This document shows positions 1 to 13,320 of a DNA stretch of 64,000 bases, in pieces (position 1 is the stretch's first letter; every line of letters starts with the position of its first letter). The stretch comes from Hormiphora californensis. Taxonomy: Eukaryota > Animalia > Ctenophora. The stretch covers positions 7,192,001 through 7,256,000 of the forward strand of contig CM035359.1 of NCBI GenBank assembly GCA_020137815.1, read 5' to 3'. Below the pieces are notes generated by a model, which was not told where the DNA came from, searched no databases, and was given only the letters and a program-made list of their open reading frames with translations. The position numbers and the translations under genes are program-made.

Positions 1-1455
1 CCTGACTAAATTTTTTCAACTTGGGGTAAAACCATGGGTGTCAAAAGTTAGCTCTAGGTCCCCTGAGTAACCATCCGGAGACTCTAAGAGATATTTCAAG
101 CCGTTCTCCCGTAATCATTAATCCCGGTGGAGAAAAAAATACAATGCGGACGTACGTGAGCGCTGGCAGGCTGTTTACATGTAATTGTATGTCTCTCACT
201 CTCTCTGGAAAAACCGCACGTGCGGTTGCGCCGCGCGAGATAACTCTTTCTCAAGGGGGAGAAAAGAGAGAGACGCACATTAACGTTATACATTAAAGTT
301 GAGGTTGTAGGCAATTGCACGTACGTCCATACTCAAATATGTGCTCTACCGGGATTAATGATTACAGGAGAACGGCTTGAAATATCTCTTAGAGTCTCCG
401 GATGGTTACTCAGGGGACCTAGAGCTAACTTTTGACACCCATGGTTTTACCCCAAGTTGAAAAAAATTACAATTAATATGACGTGATCAACTGCTATAGC
501 CCAACTGTTCATTCTGAGAATTCTGATACAAAGATATTATTTGCCGTACTGCTATATGAGGTAACTCCAACCCCCCAGTTTCATCTCCTTGTTTAACATG
601 GGAGTTACCAAGGGAATCCACTGAGTTCGATTAATCTAGGCACATACCCACAGTACTATTCGAATTGGCATATCTTTATATCAGGAATCTCGGATAGCAA
701 CAATCCTTGTGTTTTATTGCTATCTGAACAGATTAGGCGTATAGACAGGGCTCTTATTATCAGCAGTACTCACGTATCAATGGTAATGTATTAATTGCAC
801 TGAACTGCTGTAGACATCACCCACTCACTTCATACACACACAACACCCACACACATGACCAAGCCTGTACGATTGTTGCTATCCGAGATTCCTGATATAA
901 AGATATGCCAATTCGAATAGTACTGTGGGTATGTGCCTAGATTAATCGAACTCAGTGGATTCCCTTGGTAACTCCCATGTTAAACAAGGAGATGAAACTG
1001 GGGGGTTGGAGTTACCTCATATAGCAGTACGGCAAATAATATCTTTGTATCAGAATTCTCAGAATGAACAGTTGGGCTATAGCAGTTGATCACGTCATAT
1101 TAATTGTTATCATGATCTTCGGATCACTGCACGATACTAGTGACGGCTCTCTCGTGCTGTAATACAGCCGGTGATCAATAACCTGTCGTACAGGCTTGGT
1201 CATGTGTGTGGGTGTTGTGTGTGTATGAAGTGAGTGGGTGATGTCTACAGCAGTTCAGTGCAATTAATACATTACCATTGAAAAAAATTAGTCAGGTTTT
1301 TGTTATGATCAGCAACATTTCAACTGCTGATTACACCAAGATGAAAACAGTTTGTGAAAAAGTGACACCTGTTTAGAGGTCGTGTCGAGGCTCCAAACTG
1401 ATGAGACAAAAACTGGAACAATTGGGAGAGGTCGATGTAGTTATCGACTCTACTA
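1..1455. mobile_element. Foldback/MITE-like element (same family as 10435-11227, opposite orientation, left end outside window) carrying a nested insert
   Basis: 11-128 and 348-466 are inverted repeats; 1281-1455 matches the right arm of the 10435-11227 copy and ends ...GACTCTACTA. Confidence 0.85.
470..1280. mobile_element. Nested insert with interleaved inverted repeats and ~10-bp target-site duplication
   Basis: AAAAAAATTA directly repeated at 460-469 and 1281-1290; 470-706 inverted at 871-1107; 778-872 inverted at 1186-1280. Confidence 0.7.
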
Positions 1456-1635
1456 TTTTTAACGTTTTAGGTTCTAAAATACGCAATATATACAGCAGGA
1501 AGAAAAAAATTATATAGGCTATCCAATGAAACCTTTTCCTTTCAGCCGAGCTAAATTTTAAAATCTACAAGTTTTATTTAATGGGTTAATTAATCAATTC
1601 AAATAATTTGGTGAGGCGTTTTTTGGAAAATTTGC

Positions 1636-2184
1636 ACCGGGGCAAAGTGGCCCAAGCCAATAGCATTGCTCGATTTTATCACGTGCCTGGTGTTGTTAGA
1701 CGAAACGATCAAATTAGGGGCAAAGTGGCCCATGTTATGCACCGGAACATGGGCCACTTTGCCCCTAGTTTGACCGTCTGGACTACATTTTTGTGCATTC
1801 CAATGTCACGTGGTATTGCAGGCGCCATTTCATTGGTCCTAGAGGTGGGCCACTTTGCCCCAGACCGGACCACTTTGCCCCGGAGAGTGGGCCATATTCG
1901 CCCCGATTTCACAAAATTGACAATTAAGACAACAAAAATGCCAATTTCTTCAAAATTTTTATACCACGTTTTAGAGAATTATAAAGCCTAACTGGCAGTT
2001 TTTGCAAAATTAAAATCGGCCAACCCAAACAGAAATGACAGCAGTTTTAAGGCGAAAATTCGGAACAGAACGAGCAGGTCTCCGCTGGAGAAAAAGTCAC
2101 GTGACCACATGTAATAACTAGGGCCACTTTGCCCCATACATGGGCCACTTTACCCGGTGGGCCAAACTGCCCCAGCTTACCCTA
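1636..2184. mobile_element. Remnant of a TIR DNA transposon with repeated GGGCCACTTTGCCC/GGGCAAAGTGGCCC subterminal motifs
   Basis: About 9 motif copies in both orientations; ends CCCCAGCTTACCCTA. Confidence 0.5.
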
Positions 2185-2542
2185 TGAGAAAAGAAAACTC
2201 ATTTATTTAAAAAAACTATAAATAAAATAAATAACACAACAAACCAGTCATAGTTTCATATGTTATTTGAATATGTTATTTGAAATTGAGCTGTATTATT
2301 TAGAGGGTTGAATCTGTCTTATACACTCACAAAGGTTTAACAAAAATCAACTTTCATCTTCAGCTGCACTGAAACTGTGCCTAAATGCGGGGGAACAATA
2401 AACGGGTTTCTTTATATGATCATCCGTTAAAACACACAAAAATTAACTGCGAAACACACACAAAATATTACAAAACATGTCCCTGCACCGGTTCACCAAT
2501 GTAGCAAGGACCCAGTATCAGGTCCCCTATACATAGTCCAAA

Positions 2543-5500
2543 TCAGAAGAGTAGTTCCTGTGTCGGTAGCTCATTAGGATTATAGCTGCTGATAGTACTA
2601 AACCCATAGCTGGGCCACGCTGAGGCAGCTGCACTTTCAATGGTGGCCGAGTTGTGTTGGTCTTCCCCTGTCTCCAGTCTACTATACATGGGATTAGGGT
2701 ACAGTGACGAGGGTGTCTTGTACAGGGGACTGAGAGGGAGAGAGAGGTGTGTTAGAGGGAGGCAGAATACACTGAACACACTCGGCAGTTTCAGAAAACC
2801 CAGCAGACACACAAAATGGTGCTTTTGAAAACAATGACATAGATTATAATAGTCCCTGATTGAGATATGGACAACAAGCCCTACTGCACACAATGTCTAG
2901 ATCGAAGCATGTACCAGACCCTTCCTATCCAGGGAGAGGGTCTGGTGGGAGAGCTATTTATTGTAGAGTCTAGCTATAATTATAGACAACACACACACGG
3001 GGGCAGCACACAGTGGGGGCAAACCGGCTAAATGTGTTCCATTAGTCCTTGATGAACAGCGGGTTAGTGTGAGTGGTTATGGGTTTCTCGTAAATCGGAC
3101 TGTGGAACAGCGGGTTAGTGTGAGTGGTTATGGGTTTCTCGTAAATCGGGCTGACGTGGTTAAAGAGTGGTTAGAGATGGGGTATTGAGAGGTTTAGAAA
3201 GTTGTTAAAGAGTGGTTAGAGATGGGGTATTGAGAGGTTTAGAAAGTGGTTAGAGAGTGGTTAGAAATGGGGCTAAAAAGCGTTTGGAGTTGTTCAGCAA
3301 GGCAGCTGCAGGTGGGGTATAATATTAGGACCGGTGGTTATTAGATCTAAAGGGGACAGCGCCGTCGCGTTATATCAGATCAGCTTTCAAAGTTAGGACA
3401 GCTGTAGCAGCAGTTTGTTAATCCAACTAATAACTGTAGCAGCCGTTTGTTAATCCAACTAAATTAACTAAATACCTCTGTTGCTGGTTCCAGTTTTGTC
3501 CATTAGTTTCCTCTTCGAACTGGGCGTACAACTTCTTATCCTGGGTGGGGATTATAGTAGATGAGGTGAGGTCGGGTGAGGTGAGGACTGAGGAGTTCCC
3601 TGTCAGAGCATTGGCCTGACCCATTCTCGGAGCGCGCGAGAACCATGTGGTCAGAGCATTGGCCTGACAGGGAGTTCCCGATAATGAGGGTTGGGGACTG
3701 GGGGTTTAATAGGTGAGATGAGGAGTACTGAGGTGTCCCCGATATAGATAATGGGGGGGACTGCGGTGAGGTAAGGTGAGGAGTAATAGTGGGTCGCGGG
3801 GATCAAGAAACTGGATATATGGAGAAGGAGTTTGGTCTGTAGAGAGGAACTCTCAACACCTACCACATATATAGTCCAGCACTTCCAAAGGAGAAGAAGT
3901 AGGAGACCAAGGAGTACAATGAGACCAATAATTAACAGGATTATCCAGATAAGGGCCTGGAGGAGAGAATTTCATAATTCAGATACTGATTGAGGTATAT
4001 CATAACGTTCTATATGTTTGCCATGGTTCACAGGCTGTCAATTATAGTGTAGCTCACAGGATCTAGAGCACAAAAGTCTTCAAAACTTACGAATTCTTTG
4101 CAACACCGTTCTGTCGTGCGGCAGAGTTTGGTACGCTATAACCTAGAGCCACACTTACAAATTCATCGCACTCTATTTCTTTATCGTAGAACACTCTTAT
4201 CTCCATGGTGTCTTCAATGAGAATGGCTGATGATTCCCTAGTGAAGATGTAGAAGTTTGTTCTGCAGTTATATTCGTCATCTTCTGCCTCGCCACAAGCC
4301 GTCTCCAACTGCACGGAGAGAGGGGAGGGGGTTATATAGACTCTAATATAATGTCTCTAACTGTACAGAGAGGGGGTTATCATAGACCATAGGCTGCAAT
4401 CTGTCTGGCGGCACAGGGTCTCTGGGTCTACTGCAGTAACAGCGCCGCCAGACAGGCCTATCAGTGCTCCAAAGTAACTGATAATACATGATGTCACCTA
4501 CCGTCCATGGCACGTATCCATCCTCCTCATTCTCCTGTACTAATTGGTCCACATCCACCCTGGGATCCACCTCCTGGTACTGTACATTGAACTCACTACA
4601 TTGTTCATCACACTGTAACCGCATCTCATCGGGATCATCCGCTTTCTGTACTCTGGGTGGGGAGAAGGGATGTTGATGGGCTGTGTGGGCTGTTATACTG
4701 AGTGCACTGTGGGTGGGGACTAGGGTGTGCTAAGTGAAAATTTTGTCGACTTGGCCAAAAGGTTAAGGGTAGATATGAAACTATGGACAATTGTCTACTA
4801 CATCCTGAAAACGGAATTGGGATAGTGTATGTCAATTACGTGGGCCAGGCGATTAAAAAAGTTTACTTTTTTACCGAAAAAAGGAAAATATGTGTGTTTT
4901 ACACCAGTGTTAGGCATGTTCTTGATATCAACTTTTTATGGTCAGGGTCGTGTTCAGCGGTTTGATACCGATCAGAATGGATGTGTATCATGAAAGTTAG
5001 CCAAAGGTCATTTTTGACCTGAAAATGTTCATTTTGGACCAAAAATGTTCATTTTTGACTAAAAATGTTCATTTTGGCCATTTTCTTCAATTTTGAGAGC
5101 TTTTTCATGAACGGGATCGTGTTCAGCAGGTCAAAAGTAGTCGGTTACAACCGGAATTTGGTTTCCGACAAATAAAATCTCAAAAAGTTAAAATTCGTCT
5201 CAACTAATACTGCAAAGTAGGAAAATGTGCAAGAAAAAAAGATGAAAAAAAAAAATTTTCATTATAAAATGGAGTTCTGAAGGTGCAGACTGGAAATAAT
5301 AGTTGTACTGGTTCTCATGAGGCGATTCATATGTGTGGTTTTTTCGAAATAACGCCCCAAAAAACATTTTTTTGATATGAATATGCCCATATATGGGCAT
5401 ACATCGGCCCACGTAATTGGGCCAGGGTAGGACTAAAATTTTTTTACCAAATGTTTTAGAATGATCGTAGGAACTCATTCTAGGGGTAAACTTTGTGAAA

Positions 5501-8500
5501 ATTGGATTTGATTTATGAGTTGGGAAAAATAGCACACCCTAGTGGGGACTGGGGAGGGGGATGGTCAATGAGAAGGAGTGGGTTAGATGTAGATATGGGG
5601 ATTGGGGACAGCCGTCAGCCAATATCAAATCTCTTGGCAATGAGAAGCGATCAATGAACCTTTACTCACTACTAGCTGTATAAGTCAGTAGGTAATTACT
5701 TATTTACTCACTTGACTGCGTAACACAAGACACAATCATAATGTGTGTCACACTGTAGAGGTCCACAGAAGATGCACTCCTCGCAGTATCGACCCCTATA
5801 GTTGGGCTTGCAGATACATCTGTTACACTCACAGTCACCCTGCTCAGGTCCGGAACATGCCATCGTACCATTCTTCCCAGTTTCTAGAAAGAGATGGGTG
5901 GTATTAGACAGAGCTGTCAGGCCATTGCTCTTACCACAGTTCTCGCGCGCTTGAATGAAATGAGAATAGGGTCAGGACAATTATGCTATGACAGAGACGG
6001 AGAGTCCAGGCACTATAGGTGGTACAGAGAGGTTACATATGGTGCTAGGGAATATCTTGGGTGGTGAGTGTGCCCTCACACTCTCTACAAGTACCACATC
6101 TGGGTATACATGACTCTCTATAAGTATCATATCTCTCTGGTAGTATTCGGACCCAACATTGTGTCACCTCTCTTATAATTCCACTGAACCTGGTTACCAT
6201 TCCTGGAATACCCAGTCCCAGCCAGGATAATGCGCTCTGTGTGAGCATGTGATAGGTTTCAGGGGCCCTCAGGGTGTTACGGGGCGCGGTGAAACAGGGT
6301 CGAGCAAGGCAAGGTATTACTAACTTAGCAGCTTTTTCTACTTGATATGGAACATGGGGATTGGGCAATGGGCCCGAAGTAATACTTACTTACCTTATTC
6401 GACCCTGTCTCACCGTGTCCCTATTTACCCCGTCCCTTTACAAATATAAACAGGTTAGAACATTAACTTACCACCGTCAGGGTTAGGGTTGAAACATTTA
6501 TCCTGTGCTAGTTCACAGTCGCACGCCTTGCCCTCCGTAGTGGCAGTTTTGGGGACCCCATACTTAGTCTCATCACACCTGCACTCCCCGCAATGACAGT
6601 TTCCCAGCCCACTACATATCTCTCCATTCCCTCCCTTGGGGCATTCGTAGTTGGAACACTCGCAGAACTCACCATACCTGATATGGAGGGAGAGAGTGTT
6701 GTTATAGCAGCTGGTAAATGGAGAGAGAGGGTGTTGTTGCAGCTGGCAAATGAAGAGAGTGTGTGTTGTTACAGCTGGCAAATCAAGAGAGAGGGTGCAC
6801 TGCAAATCAGGGTTATTTAGCTCTTTACTCAACCAGCTAAGGTTCATTATGCCCAGATGCCCTATATCCTGTTCAACTACTGCAACACGGGCCTACCTGA
6901 CGTATGGTAGCTCAACTCCAGGGGGAGTCTGGGGGTTTCTGCAGACACATTTCCCACACTCGCACCGTCCTTGTGATGAACAAATCTGGGACAAGTAGAG
7001 AGAGATATGAGTTAGGTTTGAATTGGTCCAGTACGATATCACCCGACCATACACAACGACCAGGCATGGCAGGCAACAGACTAAAGTTCAGGATGTGATT
7101 TATAGTTTATATTATTACTAGCGCACCCATTGGGTGCGCCTCAAGTAAGGGCTTTTTGATAACCCACCCGGCTTCGCCGGGTGGTTCTTTTCGCCCCTTT
7201 CAACGTCAATAACACGGTTGCCATGGCAACTGAATTGGTAACTATGGGGACTGGCCTGTTAAAAGTCATTTGAAATATTAAGAAACTTCCATTGGAAGTT
7301 CCAAAAGTGTGAACAGCAGCTTTACAGCTTTGGTCATATGAAGTGTTTTATGAAGGAGCACTGTCGCGTAGAAACGCACTGAACGAACGGCCATCACGAC
7401 GTTCATCTCCAAATTATAATAGAGATAGTTTTACACGTGTGTGTTATTACCAAGTTAGCACCAGGTGCCATGCAAAGGGTGTCCTTCTTCTGGAACCTGT
7501 CACTGCACTCACAATCATCCCCGAAATAGGGAGGTCTACACTGACAGGAGCCACAGACAGCATCACCCCGACCACTTACCAAGTTAGCACCAGGTGCCAT
7601 ACAAAGGGTGTCCTTCTTCTGGAACCTATCACTGCACTCACAATCATCCCCAAAGTAGGGAGGTCTACACTGACAGGAACCACAGACAGCATCACCCCGA
7701 CCACTTACCAAGTTAGCACCGGGTGCCATACAAAGGGTGTCCTTCTTCTGGAACCTATCACTGCACTCACAATCATCCCCAAAGTAGGGAGGTCTACACT
7801 GACAGGAACCACAGACAGCATCACCCCGACCACTACAGAAATCCTGACCGTCCTCCGATACTGGGATAAGGAAGGGTAACTGAGTTAGAGGGAGGTCTTG
7901 TTGTGTGAGGGGAAAAGAGAGGTAAAGGAGTTAGGGAGGCTTGGTATAAACCTCATATTTATGTCCCTGGCCCTCGCGAGTCGCGATCGCTCTATCTCTC
8001 TTCCTCTCTCTCTGTCTCCCTCTCTCTCTCGCTTTCAATTTACCTGGTGAGTTGTCATAACAATCACAGTTGCAGTTGTGGGTGATGTTAACGAAGACAG
8101 TGTTGAAGCCAGGTATTATTATTGGGACAATCTTCCAGGGTAGTTTCTCATCCTTACACTCCTCCAGGGTAAACGTCACCTAACACAGAAGGAATTAGAT
8201 TGGATGAAGGATGATGTAGATACTAGAGATATTGGGTAGGGTAAAGGTCACCTAGCACAGAAAATGCAGGGATGATGTAGTCTACAGACATGTGTGTAGA
8301 GATGTGGAGGAGGGATTGCGGAGAGATTTTGGATGTAGAATTAAGCAAACCAAGGCCATGTAATGCAACATAACACGGCGTCATACACATTTTTATTTGG
8401 AATTTCTATCTGGGATTTCTATTTGGAATTTCTATCTGGAAGAACCGCACGTGCAGATGCGCCGCGCCGCGGCTCAAATTCACGTGCGAGATTAAAGAGA

Positions 8501-11500
8501 GAGACGCACATTAACGTTGTACGTTTGTCTCTCACTCTCTCTTGAAAACCCGCACGTGCAGATGCGCCGCGCCGCGGCTCAAATTCACGTGCGTGTTATA
8601 CAGATTCTGACAGAAAATACGAGCACAAAATTCCATATAAAAATGTGTATGACGGAGAGGAGAATCAATACAACATGATTCGACTTGTTTAGTTTGCAGT
8701 TTGTGTGTTCATGGTTGATCGATTGTTGACTATGACCACCTACCTTGAAGTGGACCTCCTCCCCGTATTTGACATTGGTACACCCATTAGGAACGGACTC
8801 GTCACACAGAGGCTCTATCTCTATCTGATAACTATGGGAAGAGAGAGTAGGAATCAGGGGGTGGGATGCCGGGCGAGAGGGATCACAGGGGGATAGAGAC
8901 TGAATTATATTTGGAGGGAATACTATGATAGACTAATCAATTTGAAAACATCCCTGCAGTGATCTAGTGGGATCTAGTGGGATCTAGTGGGATCTAGTGG
9001 GATCTACCTACCCCAGATCATCCAAGATAACGAGGTTTATAGCTGAGGTGATCCTGTAGAGGGCGTCTCGAACCAACTCAACAATGTTACTAGAATCCTG
9101 CAGAAATGGGGGAGTTTTGAGACTTAGAAATGGGTATAATTGTGGATTGATCAATTGTAGTCAATAATATAGTTACAAGTGGGTACCGGGAACTAATCCT
9201 GCAATATGTTAGAACTAGCTGTCAACTCACTTCAGAGAGAAGCCCAACTTCAGAGAGCTGAGTCATGTGATCACTCAGATCTTTATACAGATCAATATAC
9301 TCGCTCCCAATGGCGAATATAGGAATAATGTTCTTTCGGATCAGCATCTGGTTAACCTGGAACAACATTGAGAGTGGTGTTAGCATGTGGTAAGAGAGGA
9401 TGGAAATACAACCTACCCTTCGATGCAACTAATTATGCCCATCATAAACTACGATTTTGCTCAACAACTAGAAAACTCAACAGTACTTTAGTATGCAGCT
9501 GGTATCATACCTGTTCGATAGCGGGATAGTCCTGTTCCTCTGCTCTGTTGTAGTACTTGTCCTCCCCATCCAGGGCACACCGTCCACTGTTGGGCTCCAC
9601 CAAACCTGGGAGAAAGGGAATATGATGTAGGGATATGAGTCGCAAAAAGTAGGCTCCTCCTACAAACCTCAAACAAACTACATCTACTAACCTGCCAGTT
9701 TGCCGTCCCCTGCAATATGAATCCCAGCATCACTAGCATAGATCACAATCTTCCTGGACTTCTCTCTGAATCCTGGGTATGAAAAAAGGAAAGATTTGAC
9801 AATTTGCGCGATACGACCCCCTCTCACCGGTTAGAACTCCTAACCTAGTCTGCTCAACTCAAGATGACATGTCCTACTTCTACCTACCTATTCGGTTATC
9901 GCAAGATGCCACCTGCAGCAGCGCCTCAAACCCTCCCTCTGGGTAATCCACATTAGAACTGACGTGGAGGTCATTCAGGGTGTTCTCAAACGTCTCCAGA
10001 GAGGGCCTCAGGGACATCTCATTTCGGAAGGAGTACGCAGGGGGACACTTGTCTATCTGGGGTGATAGTTGTGTTTATGAAGGAGCACTATGACATGAAG
10101 TGGAAGCTAAATGTTTGGTTTGGTGGAGAGTATCAGTGCATCACGTACCACTGCATTGTTTTTTGAGGGAGGCAGATCGGAGTGACAAGGGTTCTCTAGT
10201 TTCACTGGATCTGTGTAGGAGTAGGGGGCAACATTCTTGTCAATAAATGTACCGAACCCTATCGTGTAATTCTCTGATACCTGAACACACATGGGGTTAT
10301 AGAGCGAATTCAGAAATAGAGTGAAATAGAGATCTAGAGAGTAGAGATTGGAGGGCGACGGGATGTTTGAGATCTTGAGAGGGTTGACCCACATAGCGAA
10401 AGTGAAGTGGGAGGAAATTACCCACTCACCTGTATAGTAGAGTCGATAACTACATCGACCTCTCCCAATTGTTCCAGTTTTTGTCACATCTGTTTGGAGC
10501 CTCGACACGACCTCTAAACAGGTGTTACTTTTTCACAAACTGTTTTCATCTTGGTGTAATCAGCAGTTGAAATGTTGTTAATCATAACAAAAACCTAACT
10601 ATTTTTTTTCAACTTGGGGTAAAACCATGGGTGTCAAAAGTTAGCTCTAGGTCCCCTGAGTAACCATCCGGAGACTCTAAGAGATATTTCAAGCCGTTCT
10701 CCTGTAATCATTAATCCCGGTAGAGCACATATTTGAGTATGGACGTACGTGCAATTGCCTACAACCTCAACTTTAATGTATAATGTTAATGTGCGTCTCT
10801 CTCTTTTCTCCCCCTTGAGAAAGAGTTATCTCGCGCGGCGCAACCGCACGTGCGGTTTTTCCAGAGAGAGTGAGAGACATACAATAACATGTAAACAGCC
10901 TGCCAGCGCTCACGTACGTCCGCATTGTATTTTTTTCTCCACCGGGAATAATGATTACGGGAGAACGGCTTGAAATATCTCTTAGAGTCTCCGGATGGTT
11001 ACTCAGGGGACCTAGAGCTAACTTTTGACACCCATGGTTTTACCCCAAGTTGAAAAAAAATAGTTGGGTTTTTGTTATGATTAACAACATTTCAACTGCT
11101 GATTACACCAAGATGAAAACAGTTTGTGAAAAAGTAACACCTGTTTAGAGGTCGTGTCAAGGCTCCAAACAGATGTGACAAAAACTGGAACAATTGGGAG
11201 AGGTCGATGTAGTTATCGACTCTACTAGTAATAACAAGTGAACTACAGAAATACTGAAATACCTTTTTGAACTCTTCAGTGAGATTACGGGCCAAGAACT
11301 TTAGATTTTCCAGATCATCCCTCATAGAGTAGGAGAAGTCCATCAAGTAGTAGGAGTCTATAGGGTAGTTCTTGGCTGGCCTGTAATTTGTAGTTTAGAG
11401 ATGCATACCAATCCAATTATTTATACTTAAATTAGTAATCAAGAGACTAATATAGTAATCAAGAGACTAATATCTAGCAGATCTTACTTGACTTTGATGA

Positions 11501-12322
11501 TCTGACTGACGGGGTCTTTAGCTCTGAGGTTGACACTAAACCGTGTTGGTGTCACCTGGTTTATATCATCCAGAACATGGGAATACGCTGGGGAAATGGA
11601 GGAGGGTTAACATATCATATGGCCCAATATTAGCCAGACTATAACGACGCTTTGATATAAGAAATGAGTTCGAAATAATGAACTGATTACTGAACCTTGT
11701 ACTTACTTTCCTTGACTGTGACGCTACTTTTAAAGTTGATTTTACTAGGACATGTGGCGTTCACATACCAGGCACCCTCCACATAGCAGGGATTATGGGG
11801 CCAATCTGGCTCTGGACACCTGGGGAAGAACATGACTTTATCTGATTTGATAAAAGACCTGGATGTATTTGGGCTTTGACATGAAACCATAACCATGTAA
11901 CTGTTTAGTACGGCCGGGGGAGGTAGCAAGCAAGGCCTTATATATAGGGCTTCCTAGGGGGGGGGGGGGGAGGGGGTGGTTGTAAAAAGTGCTAGAACCT
12001 ACCAGGCACACTGAGAGTAGTTACGAAGACACTCATTACAATCCTTTATTAGGTTACAGTGATCAAACGTTGCACCGGGCTGAATGTAACACGACAGGAA
12101 TACCTGCAGGGTTTTATCAAAATATTAGAGTCACTTTATAGGGATCAAGCAATCAATCAAGCAATAATAATAATAATAATATTCATACTTATATCCTGCC
12201 CATATTCTACAGGGACAGCAGAGCTTTACAGATGCTGCCACTGGAGGAAACTCAGAACAGTGACCGATCAGACTTACAAAAACTACAAAAGATAAACAGA
12301 GAATCCTCCCATTTCTCCCCAT
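2543..12322 (-). CDS. ITGB: Integrin beta subunit, ~22 coding exons
   Basis: Spliced translation gives signal peptide (12278-12322), PSI CNECL..CAWC, YPIDSYYLMDFSYSMRDD (MIDAS DxSxS, ~11264-11381), IGFGTFIDK, SSNVDYPEGG, SDAGIHIAGDGKLAG, IPIFAI, four Cys-rich I-EGF modules, TM segment (~3865-3957) and tail with NPMY; GT-AG boundaries keep phase. Confidence 0.96.
3050..3270. repeat. Two adjacent intronic tandem repeats (~52 bp x2; ~46 bp x2.5)
   Basis: GAACAGCGGGTTAGTGTGAGTGGTTATGG twice; GTTAAAGAGTGGTTAGAGATGGGG 2-3 times. Confidence 0.8.
3600..3670. mobile_element. Tiny (~71 bp) TIR element with 8-bp TSD
   Basis: CTGTCAG...CTGACAG flanked by GGAGTTCC on both sides; relatives at ~5914-5994 and ~18767-18841. 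Confidence 0.7.
4721..5541. mobile_element. Non-autonomous hAT-like element in integrin intron
   Basis: TIR TAGGGTGTGCTA/TAGCACACCCTA; perfect 8-bp TSD GTGGGGAC at 4713-4720 and 5542-5549. Confidence 0.88.
7118..7425 (-). mobile_element. Non-autonomous Helitron (308 bp)
   Basis: Minus strand reads A|TCTCTATTATA...GCGCACCCAATGGGTGCG-CTAG|T: 5' TC, 3' hairpin plus CTAG, A/T target, no TSD; second hairpin CACCCGGCTTCGCCGGGTG. Confidence 0.75.
7447..7834 (-). repeat. 129-bp x3 tandem repeat of the integrin I-EGF exon end plus splice donor
   Basis: SGRGDAVCGSCQCRPPYFGDDCECSDRFQKKDTLCMAPGANL three times; GT donors at 7708, 7579 and 7450. Confidence 0.92.
8379..8654. mobile_element. MITE with ~28-bp TIRs
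   Basis: CGTCATACACATTTTTATTTGGAATTT ... AAATTCCATATAAAAATGTGTATGACG; internal 45-bp direct repeat. Confidence 0.7.
10435..11227. mobile_element. Foldback element, ~287-bp TIRs, Academ-like ends
   Basis: TAGTAGAGTCG...CGACTCTACTA; 3-bp TSD GTA at 10432-10434 and 11228-11230; ~220-bp spacer. Confidence 0.88.
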
Positions 12323-13199
12323 CCTGTGAAATACACGTGTCAGGAAGATGAACGTGTCACCTAGTCGGCACCGGGTATAACAGTTACCAATATCACTAAA
12401 ACTACAAGTTACACAAGCTGTAGCAAGTAGAACACAAGGTCACTATTATAGCAGTACAAGGTACCAAGTACAACACAAGGTAGGAAAGGTAGAAAGTTCT
12501 CACAGTGAAAACCACAAAAAGTAAGGTATCTCAACAACAGTGCTCAACAAGGTATCTCAACAACAGTGCTCAACAAGGTCAAGAAGGCTTACACAACTCT
12601 ACAGCTCCCTATAAAGTTCCTAAGTGATTTAGAGGGGTTGAGACAAACCCCTACCACACCCGATCAGGTATTTCAGTAGACAGAAATGCAAATGATACAT
12701 GCTCCGGAAGCACACAACTGATATTCATGTAGATCTCAATTTGTTATAGCTGCAGTAGATACAAGATACGCGTCAAAAAGCGGAAGTGATTGCAAAACTG
12801 GTAATTGCTGTAAAAAGTACACGCCTGCAAACACGCCTTCTATACTAACTGGTAACAATTCAGTCACCTCCTCGAGCTGTTAAATAGTACTGATACAGAC
12901 ATGGATGGAGAGAGATGACCAAACGAGCATCGCGACATAGAGTTCTCAGGTTGCCGAACTCTGAAGCTGTCTAATTACTGGTTGGTTTTAACAAGAGTAA
13001 TTAAAAGATTCGTGAGAACAAAACTAATATATCAAGTTCAAAATCATATTAATAATTAAGATAATCACCCTAATAATACAAGGAAAGAGAGAGAGAGAGA
13101 TAAATAGATGACAGGTTCATGGACAGTACAAGTTGTTGAGAAATGTCTGTGTGCGAGTGTGTGCAACAGTGCACACTTGCAAGCAGGGGTTATTCAATT

Positions 13200-13320
13200 A
13201 ATTGTCCGGTTCCGTTTCGCGCGTGACCCAATTACCCCCTCTGATTGGCTGACACTGGGTCACGTGATCTGAATACTGCGCTCTGATTGGTTAATAGTGC
13301 AGGTCACGTGATACGCTGAG
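13200..13320 (-). promoter_or_regulatory. Candidate integrin promoter (2 CCAAT boxes, 2 E-boxes)
   Basis: CTGATTGG twice and GGTCACGTGA twice clustered ~0.9 kb upstream of the ATG. Confidence 0.35.

Noticed and set aside
96-320. Near-identical 74-aa ORFs at 96-320 and 10749-10973
   Set aside because: They lie in the foldback spacer, have non-ATG starts and no protein motif
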